NCBI GenBank assembly: GCA_963729895.1
Contig: CAVSQB010000008.1
Location: 32,001-96,000, forward strand
Source of the DNA: an uncultured Fibrobacterota bacterium
GTDB lineage: Bacteria > Fibrobacterota > Chitinivibrionia > Chitinivibrionales > FEN-1185
Length of the DNA: 64,000 nucleotides
Direction of reading: 5' to 3'
The position numbers and the translations under genes were made by a program. The notes beneath the pieces are model-generated. The model was given only the letters and a program-made list of their open reading frames with translations, did not search any database and was not told the DNA's origin. How positions within the stretch are numbered: position 1 is the first letter of the stretch; each line of letters opens with the position of its first letter. Shown here piece by piece: positions 9,565 through 17,923 of this stretch.

Positions 9565-11391
9565 GAGCCTGTAGAAAAACCCTGTTTTCAATAAAATCGG
9601 ATTTCCCTTGTTCTCTGTCAAGTCAATTCGCGCTTTGTGCGGAAAGGTAAGAATGCAGGTTCAGAATTGTGGGGCGAGTGGCGTTTTTAGGTGAATCTGA
9701 GGCCTTGTGCGCCCTATAGTGAGGGACAAGCCGGCCCCCGGGCTCTTGCTAATGCCCATAGGAAGGCCCGAACCGGTAAATCTTGAAAATGTTGTGCACC
9801 ATCGAGTACAGCTTCCATTGCGTATCGGCCTTTGTCCTGGTGCGCACGGTAATCCTATCGAGGCCGAGCGTCCGGCAGATGTTGGCGAACACCGGTTCCA
9901 CCGTGCCCATTCGCCTGCTGTATATGTACCTGCCGAAGGCGGAGTCGAATTTCTCGATCATCCGTTTGGTATAGGCCCCCGTTGATCGTGGGCCGGATTG
10001 ATCGAACTTCACCACCTGTCTGCGCTCCGTATGGTCAAGCCGCAAACATTTCTTCCGAATTTCACATGCAAGGCAGTCGGCTTTTCTCCCGGCATAGGCG
10101 ATCCCGTGTTCGCCACGCGTCCCGACATAGTTCTTGTTCAACACGTAAAGCTTGTTGCCTGCAGGGCAGGTAAGCGTGCCGTCGGATTCATTCAGGATAA
10201 AATCACTTGGGGTAAAGTAGTGCTTTGACCGTACCGGCGTCTTGTTGCGGTCAATCGGATTTTTGTGCCGGTCCGCATCCGCAAACTGCGGGTCGCGCTT
10301 GCGGAATTTATTGTCCGCAACGTACCCGTCCACTCCTTCTTCCGCAAGCATCTGCATGTTCGCTTCGCTATGAAAACCGCTGTCCGCAGTCACTTTCGCC
10401 TGAGTAAAAATGTCGGGCTCGCCTATGGCCTCAAAGTTCTCCCGCACACCGTCGATCATCGGCTTCAAAAGCGCGTTGTCCGTCCCCTCGCTGAATGCCT
10501 CGGCATGAACGATCACCTGGCGCTTTTCATCAACCGCCGCGGCGCCGTTGTAGCCCTGGATCACGCCGTGTGAGCTCGGCATCTTCGCGCTCTCGTTGTC
10601 CGTGATGTTGCTCTTCTTCGCCTGTCCCTTAGCCCCGCGCTTATCCTCGTTTTTCCGCATCCAACGGTTGATCTTGCGCACCTTCGAACGAAGGTGGTTG
10701 ATCGCCTTCCGTTCCTTCTTCCGTATGTCCTCGCCAAGTTCACGCTCATCGCACTCGCGGTGCTTGCGCAAAAGAAAACGAACCTGGTACTCTATCTTCT
10801 TCTTCCGCTTCTCGAAATCCTCGAGTGTGCCGCTCCACTCCTTGGCGCAGTTCGAAGACATCTTGCAGCCATCGATCGCAAACATTTGCCGGCTGATCAA
10901 TCCCTCCTCCGCGCAATACAACAGGATGTCTCGGAACAGCGGCGTGATCTCCACATGCATCGACGAAATAAAATGTGCAATCGTCGTAAAATGCGGCTTC
11001 GTATCGGCCGAGAGTGCCATGAACATCACGTTCTCCTCGCAGCAGCGCGCTATGTCCCGGCTGTGCATGATGCCCCGGGAATACGCGTAGAGAACAATCT
11101 TCAGCATCACGCGCGGGTCGTACGCGGGCGCACCGGTCTCGTCGTTGGTAAACCGGCCCTCGAAAACAGAAAGGTCCAGCACATTATCCACGATCTCGCT
11201 CAACGCGAACTCGAAACTGCCCGGAATGATCTGCTCGCGAAACGTGATGGGGATAAGCTTGCCTTGTTCGTAGGAATACTCTTTGTAGCGGGCCATCGGC
11301 CTTCCTTCCTGCTGAGTTTACAAATAATATAAGGAAAAAAGACCGGAATTTCAGGTAAAAGTGGCGGGAAAGGGACTTTTTCTACAGGCTC
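9565..11391 (-). mobile_element. IS1182-family insertion sequence, apparently complete
   Basis: 15-bp terminal inverted repeats GAGCCTGTAGAAAAA (9565) and TTTTTCTACAGGCTC (ends 11391); AAC on both flanks (9562-9564, 11392-11394); single transposase ORF. Confidence 0.9.
9749..11296 (-). CDS. IS1182-family DDE transposase
   Basis: GAPAYDPRVMLKIVLYAY, PHFTTIAHF, AIDGCK, TDNES, QGYN, ADSGF, C-terminal CP..C..C..C and RMGTVEPVFANI. Confidence 0.93.
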   Translation of the reverse strand: MARYKEYSYEQGKLIPITFREQIIPGSFEFALSEIVDNVLDLSVFEGRFTNDETGAPAYDPRVMLKIVLYAYSRGIMHSRDIARCCEENVMFMALSADTKPHFTTIAHFISSMHVEITPLFRDILLYCAEEGLISRQMFAIDGCKMSSNCAKEWSGTLEDFEKRKKKIEYQVRFLLRKHRECDERELGEDIRKKERKAINHLRSKVRKINRWMRKNEDKRGAKGQAKKSNITDNESAKMPSSHGVIQGYNGAAAVDEKRQVIVHAEAFSEGTDNALLKPMIDGVRENFEAIGEPDIFTQAKVTADSGFHSEANMQMLAEEGVDGYVADNKFRKRDPQFADADRHKNPIDRNKTPVRSKHYFTPSDFILNESDGTLTCPAGNKLYVLNKNYVGTRGEHGIAYAGRKADCLACEIRKKCLRLDHTERRQVVKFDQSGPRSTGAYTKRMIEKFDSAFGRYIYSRRMGTVEPVFANICRTLGLDRITVRTRTKADTQWKLYSMVHNIFKIYRFGPSYGH

Positions 11392-11476
11392 AACCCCGCG
11401 CTAAGCCGCGGGGATTGCGCGGGCTAATGCATTCATTTCATCATCGACGGTACGCTGCAGGGAAACATGTTCGGAC
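11392..11476 (-). other. Degenerate attC-like integron recombination site interrupted at its GTT by the IS
   Basis: Minus strand GTCCGAAC-N8-CTGCAGCGTACCG...CGCGGCTTAG-CGCGGG-GTT, continuing as GTTAGCG at 9564-9558 if the IS is removed; left spacer is 2 nt longer than typical. Confidence 0.45.
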
Positions 11477-11652
11477 AAGAACAGCGACGTATATTATAAA
11501 TATGAAACCGCAAAGTAATGAAAGATCAAGGTGTACAGTGATGGTATTCACCTGACAGTCGCCCCTGTTAGGGGTTTTGAATCAATGCTACCTCCTCACA
11601 TCACAACTGCCGCCTCAAGGGTGCGCGCAACAATATGTAAATGCAATTCAAT

Positions 11653-11787
11653 TGCCATTGGATGGCTGAGCCGGAAATATGAATCATAAAATGCTTTTGG
11701 ATAGCAATGCCGGGTGACCCCATAGGTGGAGTTGCGGCGAGAATCCAATCCTCGGCTGTGGGGCACCCACGAGGTGCCGCTGAACAG
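11653..11787 (+). repeat. Structured repeat end A, copy 2
   Basis: TTGGATGGCTGAGCCGGAAATAT..AAAATGCTTTTGGATAGCAATGCCGGGTGACCCC..GAGAATCCAATCCTCGGCTGTGGGGCACCCACGAGGTGCCGCTG. Confidence 0.9.
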
Positions 11788-11851
11788 GGGAAGTCTTTTA
11801 TGTATTATCTCATAGAAGAAGTTGACAATTGTGGAATTGCTCTACTGCCAT

Positions 11852-11995
11852 GCGCCAGGGCGGACGGCAGAGTGCGCTGGAGCGCAGGGCTGCCTGATCC
11901 CTAGCCGAAGGCGGTGGGGACAGGCAGCACCGAGGCCTTGGCCGAGCTCGTACGGAGGCCAGCCGTCCCGGTGGGGACGGGGCGCCCAATTTCTT
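11852..11995 (+). repeat. Structured repeat end B, copy 2
   Basis: First 46 nt and an internal 40-nt block identical to copy 4 (36051); ends GGGACGGGGCGCCCA. Confidence 0.92.
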
Positions 11996-12106
11996 ATTTT
12001 GATATTCGCTGCACCCCGCGAAGCTCCCAAAAACATTTTTATTTCTCCATGCATGAATTGAAAAGATTTTTCGCGTCACTACCATATCACCGGAGGAAAT
12101 TGCAGT

Positions 12107-12550
12107 ATGAAACATTCAATTCTGCCCGGTAAGAAGACTCATGGAAATCCCGTGTTTGTCTTTCATGAGTACCGCAAATTGCCTTATCCGCAGAAATCAA
12201 TCATTACCGCTGCCGCCCGTATTTATAGAACGGAAAAGCTGCCCTTTTCAAAGAAGACGCATGTCATTGTGTGCTCCGACCGCGCGATACGAAGGCTTAA
12301 TGCCATGTTCCGCAACAAAGACCGGCCCACGGACGTGCTTTCGTTCAATTACGATGAAAATGACCTGCTCGGAGAAATTTACATCTCCTTGCAGAGGGCC
12401 AAAGTACAGGCACGGGAGTATAAGGTTACCTATAACAACGAGGTGCTGAGGTTGTTTGTGCACGGGATGTTTCACCTGCTCGGCTTTGATCACGAGACAA
12501 AGAAGGACAAAGAGCGGATGCAGGAGAAAGAACTGAGATACGTTCATTGA
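12107..12550 (+). CDS. ybeY: rRNA maturation endoribonuclease YbeY
   Basis: LNAMFRNKDRPTDVLSF, LGEIYIS, HGMFHLLGFDH zinc motif. Confidence 0.93.
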   Translation: MKHSILPGKKTHGNPVFVFHEYRKLPYPQKSIITAAARIYRTEKLPFSKKTHVIVCSDRAIRRLNAMFRNKDRPTDVLSFNYDENDLLGEIYISLQRAKVQAREYKVTYNNEVLRLFVHGMFHLLGFDHETKKDKERMQEKELRYVH

Positions 12551-12701
12551 TTTTTGACAAATGGCCGCGCGGGATGCGGTCGCCCGGCACACCCGCCGCC
12601 GACAGGCGCGGCATTGCCTGCCTTCCCTCACACAAAGTATATTTTGAGTTCTTTTTCCGCGGCGCCCGGTTTATCATCGGTAAATGTAAGGAGCATCTCC
12701 C

Positions 12702-13493
12702 GTGAACATTGTCGTCTGCGTTAAACAGGTGCCGGGCACCACCCAGGTTAAAATCAACCCGGACACCGGCACGCTCATTCGCGACGGCGTTGAGGCCGTG
12801 GTGAACCCGTTCGACGAATACGCCGTCGAAGAGGCGCTTCGCATCAGGGAGCGGCTCGGCGGCGGTACGGTCAAGGCGATATCCATGGGCCCGCCCGGCG
12901 CGGAAGAAGCGCTCAGGAGCGTTATCGCCCTCGGCGCGGATGAAGCATACCTGGTCACCGACAGGGCTTTTGCCGGATCGGACACCTGGGCAACGTCCTA
13001 CACGTTGTCGCTCGGCATCAGATACCTTGGCAGGACCGACCTCATCATTTGCGGCAAGCAGGCGATCGACGGCGACACCGCCCAGGTCGGGCCGGGAGTG
13101 GCGGAAATGCTCGGCATTCCGTTTGTGGCATGGGTGCGGAAAGTGGAGGAAGTTTCAGAGACGCACATCCGCGTCGAGCGCATGATGGAGGAGGGCTACG
13201 AGGTGGTGGAGATGCCGCTCCCGGGGCTCATGACGGTTGTCAAGGAGATCAATGTACCGCGCATGGCGTCGCTCAAGGGCAAGATGCGCGCAAAGAAGAC
13301 AGCTGTCACCGTGCTCACCGCCGACATGCTCAAGGCCGACAAGGAAAAAATCGGGCTCACCGGCAGCCCCACACAGGTGCTTCGGTCGTTTGTGCCGCAG
13401 CGCAAGACCGGCGGCGAGAAGATAAGCGGCGATACGGCGGACATGGTCAACAAGCTGAAATCAACCATTCTCGATCTGGGCGTGGTCCGGTAA
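12702..13493 (+). CDS. etfB: Electron transfer flavoprotein beta subunit
   Basis: IVVCVKQVP, NPFDEYAVEEA, FAGSDTWATS, GKQAIDGDTAQVG, GLTGSPTQV. Confidence 0.93.
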   Translation: MNIVVCVKQVPGTTQVKINPDTGTLIRDGVEAVVNPFDEYAVEEALRIRERLGGGTVKAISMGPPGAEEALRSVIALGADEAYLVTDRAFAGSDTWATSYTLSLGIRYLGRTDLIICGKQAIDGDTAQVGPGVAEMLGIPFVAWVRKVEEVSETHIRVERMMEEGYEVVEMPLPGLMTVVKEINVPRMASLKGKMRAKKTAVTVLTADMLKADKEKIGLTGSPTQVLRSFVPQRKTGGEKISGDTADMVNKLKSTILDLGVVR

Positions 13494-13507
13494 GGAAACA
13501 GCAACAA

Positions 13508-14710
13508 ATGGGAATAAAAGTTGATCTGGAAAAATGCATCGGCTGTTCGTTGTGCGTGCGCGCCTGCAGCCAGAACGCCATTGCAATTACCGATAAGAAG
13601 GCGGTGATCGACCCGGAGAAATGCACGCTGTGCGCGGCCTGCGTGGAGGCGTGCAAGAAATACCAGGCGATTACCATTACCAAAGACGCATCGTCACGGG
13701 CTGCGGAAATCGGTTTGTACAAAAACGTGGCGGTATTCATAGAACAACGCGAAGGCGTTGTTGCGGGCGTGTCCTACGAGATGCTCGGCGAAGGCAGGAA
13801 ACTCGCGGACCGGCTCGGAGAGAAGCTGGTGGCGGTATTGCTCGGAAACGGGATGCAGGCAACGGCAGATGAGCTTGTCAAGTACGGCGCGGACCGGGTC
13901 GTGTATTATAATGCCGGGGAGCTCGAAAACTTCCAGGACGATTCATACGGCCGGCTCATGGCCGAGTTTGTTGATAAAGAGAAACCGGGCATCGTGCTCG
14001 CCGGCGCAACCGCCATCGGCCGATCGTTTATCCCCAAGGTCGCGGCCCGCGTGTGGGGCGGCCTCACCGCAGACTGCACCAGGCTCGAAGTGGATGTGGA
14101 AAAGCGCCTGCTTCTCGGAACCCGCCCGGCGTTCGGCGGCAACCTCATGGCGACCATCATCTGCCCGCACCACAGGCCCCAGATGGCGACCGTGCGGCAC
14201 AAGGTGATGAAGCCGGCCGCTCGAAACGAAAACCGGACCGGCGAAGTGGTGGTGATAAACGCGGAGGACTCACAGCTTGCGATACGCACCAAAATCACAA
14301 ACGTCGTGAAGGAAGCCGGCTCCACGGTCAATATCACCGAGGCGGACATCATTGTTGCCGGCGGCCGCGGCATGCAGAAACCTGAAAACATGTCTTTGCT
14401 CAAAGACCTTGCCGAGGCGCTCGGCGGAGCGGTGGGCGCAAGCCGCGCCGCGGTTGATGCCGGCTGGATCCCCTATTCGCATCAAGTCGGACAAACGGGC
14501 AAGACCGTGTGTCCCAAGCTGTATGTTGCCTGCGGCATATCCGGGTCCGTTCAGCACATGGCGGGAATGCAGTCGTCCGAATTCATCATCGCCGTCAACA
14601 AAGACCCGGATGCCGACATTTTTCAGATTGCCAATCTCGGGATTGTGGGCGACGCCCTGGAAATCCTTCCGGCCTTGACAAAGGCGTTCAAGGAGCAGCT
14701 TGGAAAGTAA
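13508..14710 (+). CDS. etfA: Electron transfer flavoprotein alpha subunit with N-terminal 2x[4Fe-4S] ferredoxin domain
   Basis: [11 protein letters not shown] and [11 protein letters not shown], then [37 protein letters not shown]. Confidence 0.92.
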   Translation: MGIKVDLEKCIGCSLCVRACSQNAIAITDKKAVIDPEKCTLCAACVEACKKYQAITITKDASSRAAEIGLYKNVAVFIEQREGVVAGVSYEMLGEGRKLADRLGEKLVAVLLGNGMQATADELVKYGADRVVYYNAGELENFQDDSYGRLMAEFVDKEKPGIVLAGATAIGRSFIPKVAARVWGGLTADCTRLEVDVEKRLLLGTRPAFGGNLMATIICPHHRPQMATVRHKVMKPAARNENRTGEVVVINAEDSQLAIRTKITNVVKEAGSTVNITEADIIVAGGRGMQKPENMSLLKDLAEALGGAVGASRAAVDAGWIPYSHQVGQTGKTVCPKLYVACGISGSVQHMAGMQSSEFIIAVNKDPDADIFQIANLGIVGDALEILPALTKAFKEQLGK

Positions 14711-14823
14711 ATTCCAGTCTATGCGCGTATGCGTACAAGCGCATATGCGGGAAATGCAAGTTCACCTGCGTTAGCGCATGTGCGCATACACGCTTTCACG
14801 CATTCACCTTTGAGGATTCTATT

Positions 14824-15693
14824 ATGAAACTCACCCTCGGCCTGCCCAAAGGAAGTTTGCAGAAACCGACCATAGAACTGTTCCAGAAGGCGGACATTCA
14901 CATCCGCACCGACGAGCGGTCGTACTTCCCCACGTCCGACGATCCCGACCTCGACCTTATTCTCATGCGGCCGCAGGAGATTCCACGCTACGTGGAACAG
15001 GGCATTCTCGACGCGGGCATAACCGGGCTCGACTGGACAATTGAGAACAACGCCGCAGTGGTCCGCGTGTGCGAGCTGGAGTATTCAAAGGTGTCGCGCC
15101 AGCGGTGCAAGTGGGTCCTGGCGGTGTCGGAAGGTTCTCCGTTCAAGAAACCGTCCGACCTGAAGGGAAAACGGATCGCAACCGAACTCGTGTCGACCAC
15201 AAAGCGCTATTTTCGAAACAAGAAGATCCCCGTGGACGTCGAATTCTCCTGGGGCGCCACCGAGGTGAAGCCGCCGCGTCTCGTGGATGCGATTGTCGAC
15301 ATTACGGAAACCGGCTCGTCGCTCAGGACCAACCGGCTCCGGGTCATCGACGTCCTCATGGAAACCATGACCATCCTCATTGCGAACAAGGCTTCCTGGG
15401 AAAACGAGGCAAAGCGCCGCAAACTTGAGAATATCACCATCCTTCTGCAAGGCACGCTCAACGCCGAGAACTATGCCGGGCTCAAGTGCAACGTGCGCAA
15501 GGACAGTCTTGCCCGGGTCCTCAAGGTTCTTCCCGCCCTCCACAACCCTACGGTTTCGAACCTTTCCGATCAAAAATGGTGTGCGGTGGAAACCGTGATC
15601 CGGGTGGATGAAATTAAGAAGATCATTCCCCTGCTCAAAAGGGCAGGAGCCACGGGAATCGTGGAGTATCCGGTGAACAAAGTGATTCCCTAG
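14824..15693 (+). CDS. hisG: ATP phosphoribosyltransferase (long form)
   Basis: [39 protein letters not shown]-terminal regulatory domain PTVS. Confidence 0.93.
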   Translation: MKLTLGLPKGSLQKPTIELFQKADIHIRTDERSYFPTSDDPDLDLILMRPQEIPRYVEQGILDAGITGLDWTIENNAAVVRVCELEYSKVSRQRCKWVLAVSEGSPFKKPSDLKGKRIATELVSTTKRYFRNKKIPVDVEFSWGATEVKPPRLVDAIVDITETGSSLRTNRLRVIDVLMETMTILIANKASWENEAKRRKLENITILLQGTLNAENYAGLKCNVRKDSLARVLKVLPALHNPTVSNLSDQKWCAVETVIRVDEIKKIIPLLKRAGATGIVEYPVNKVIP

Positions 15694-15744
15694 AAACCAA
15701 CCGCGCCTTAGCCGGCGGGAAAGGCGTTTGTCCGGAGGATCGCC

Positions 15745-16446
15745 TTATGCAAAAAGAAAGCTCTTCGATTTCACCGATTCCGCTTTCGCCGCCGGTTCGT
15801 TCACAAACGCATTGAACGGAACCATTGTCTTGAAAACCGCGGTGCACAGCCGCACAAAACCGCCGGAAAGAACGTCCTTATCGCCGAGCGCATGACGGAC
15901 CATCAGGTATTTGTACTTGAGGTATTCGCCCATAGGATCTTGCTTGTCGAAACCGTGCGGGACTCTGGCGAGTTTTTCCCCTTCCAGGACCAGCGTTTCC
16001 TTGAAATCTGCGGCGTTGATTATTTTCAGAAACTCCTTTCCTTTGTCGCTGATTTCCTCGCGCAGAGCAGCCATTTGTCGCGGTTCCATCAGGTGAACGC
16101 CTCCTGCAAGGAAACTCGATCCGGGTTCCAGGTGCACGTAATACCCGGCAAGCCCGCAGTTTTTCCTCCTGCCTTTTAACGTGGCGGCAAAATGCGTTTT
16201 GTATGGCGACTTGTCCCTGGAAAAACGCACGTCCCGGTAAATGCGGAACACGGTGCTTTCCGCTTCAAGTCCTGCAACGGATTCATCAAACTCGGAAACT
16301 TCGTCAATGAGCGCCTGCACAATGAAGATGAAATTTTCTCTTGCAGAAGTGTATTTCTCCTTGTTTGCGTTAAACCATCCGCGGTCGTTGTGCAGCTTCA
16401 ACTTTCTGAGGAACTCAAGGGTTTCATTTGTTACACGTGCCACCAT
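15745..16446 (-). CDS. DUF2461/TIGR02453-family protein
   Basis: HNDRGWFNANK, FRIYRDVRFSRDKSPYKTH, GYYVHLEPG. Confidence 0.85.
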   Translation of the reverse strand: MVARVTNETLEFLRKLKLHNDRGWFNANKEKYTSARENFIFIVQALIDEVSEFDESVAGLEAESTVFRIYRDVRFSRDKSPYKTHFAATLKGRRKNCGLAGYYVHLEPGSSFLAGGVHLMEPRQMAALREEISDKGKEFLKIINAADFKETLVLEGEKLARVPHGFDKQDPMGEYLKYKYLMVRHALGDKDVLSGGFVRLCTAVFKTMVPFNAFVNEPAAKAESVKSKSFLFA

Positions 16447-16729
16447 GGTGAACCTCCTTTGACGTTTGAACTCCCGGAAGTCGGTGGGAACATCTCATCC
16501 CGCGACCCGGCCTTCCGCCCTGCACAGAATGCAACTCTTGTGCCATTAAATCGGCCGACCGTGTTCCCGGCACAGTGCCCGGCCGTTTGGAATGATTTCG
16601 TCCCGCGGCAATCAAGACATCATCGTAATCCGTCAAGGGCTGCCGGGCCCATGACGTCGGTTCTTTACTCGTTCATTGGCACCACGTATATTACATGAAG
16701 ATATTGTCATATATTCATGGAGTTCTCAA

Positions 16730-17068
16730 ATGGCCGGGAAGGAACTGGTGTTCAAGGTTAAGGCCGACCTTCTCAAGAGCCTTGCCCATCCATCGAGACT
16801 GGCCATCCTGGAATACCTCAAGAACAAAGAGGGATCCGTCGGGGAAATGGCTTCGAAGCTGGAGCTTGAACAATCATGTCTTTCCAAGCACCTGTCCGTG
16901 CTCAAGCAGGCGGGCGTTCTTTCTTCACGGCAGGAAAAGGTTACGGTCTACTATTCGGTGCGGGACAAAGACATCTTCGTTGTCTTGCGGACGATCTCTC
17001 AAATTCTCATGAAAAGGTTCCGCGAAGGCAAGCATGTGCTCCAGCACCTTGCACAAAAGAGGGTATAG
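16730..17068 (+). CDS. ArsR/SmtB-family transcriptional regulator
   Basis: KSLAHPSRLAIL..SVGEMA..QSCLSKHLSVLKQAG..VYY. Confidence 0.88.
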   Translation: MAGKELVFKVKADLLKSLAHPSRLAILEYLKNKEGSVGEMASKLELEQSCLSKHLSVLKQAGVLSSRQEKVTVYYSVRDKDIFVVLRTISQILMKRFREGKHVLQHLAQKRV

Positions 17069-17123
17069 CCGAACGCATAGGCCCGGTTGTGCGTTCGTAC
17101 CATTGAAAGGATCCGGCTCCATC

Positions 17124-17633
17124 ATGCAAACACAATCCCGCAAGACGGCAAAGAAAACCAACCGCACCGCACCGCGCACAATGGCCGCCGGCAGTAAGCC
17201 CCCGGTTGCGGTTTGTCTCAGACGTCAGCCGATCATGCCTGTGTTCCTCGACGCGGTTGATGCCTGCACCAAATCCGGCCTCATGACCGATCACAAGATA
17301 GGAATTGATTCGGGAATCGACCAGGAAATGAAACTCTGGCTTGATGCTCCTTTGTTCAAGGAAGCGCTGGTTGACATGTTGCGGGATGCAGCGCGCCATA
17401 CCCACGGGAATCACGGCATCTCCGTCTCCATTTCCCCCGACGGAATGCATTTTTGCAGGATCGCAATATCGTACCTGCTCAAAGCCGGTGAGGATGAAGA
17501 TTACGATGACCGGTTCGCACACCAGAACTATTGCAACAGCCGGACCCAGGACATTGTTTCCCAGCATCGGGCGTCACTGGGCTTGCGAAAAGATAACCGG
17601 AAGATTACGATAGATCTGTGTTTCCCCAATTGA
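17124..17633 (+). CDS. Hypothetical protein, weakly like a degenerate histidine-kinase ATPase domain
   Basis: Open frame after GAAAGGA RBS; LFKEALVDMLRDAARHT resembles an N-box helix; no G-boxes seen. Confidence 0.4.
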   Translation: MQTQSRKTAKKTNRTAPRTMAAGSKPPVAVCLRRQPIMPVFLDAVDACTKSGLMTDHKIGIDSGIDQEMKLWLDAPLFKEALVDMLRDAARHTHGNHGISVSISPDGMHFCRIAISYLLKAGEDEDYDDRFAHQNYCNSRTQDIVSQHRASLGLRKDNRKITIDLCFPN

Positions 17634-17923
17634 GGAAGGGGCGAGAGGGCCGTTGATGGCAAACGCCTGTGCAGGCCGGTTACGCCTCCGGTCGGGAATT
17701 CCGGCTGTCTGTTCACTCCAGTGAACACAAAAGACACCTTTTTTCCAGTTCCCCATAAATACTGGGTCACCTGCGTTTATATTACCCAACCAGGGATAAA
17801 GACTGGTACCGTGATACGCCTTAAGGGAGGGGGATCACACAATCAGTTCGACTTCGTTATTTTTGCTGCCCGCAGAATCGTTTGTTCCTGATCACATTAT
17901 TTTTTAAAAGGGGGGAAGCGGCC

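Noticed and set aside
11653..11995. A/B repeats as group II intron remnants, tmRNA, RNase P or SRP RNA
   Set aside because: I could not find a domain V motif or the conserved signatures of these RNAs, and four dispersed copies argue against single-copy housekeeping RNAs.
14710..14823. Histidine attenuator leader upstream of hisG
   Set aside because: The short frames have no run of His codons and there is no terminator T-tract.
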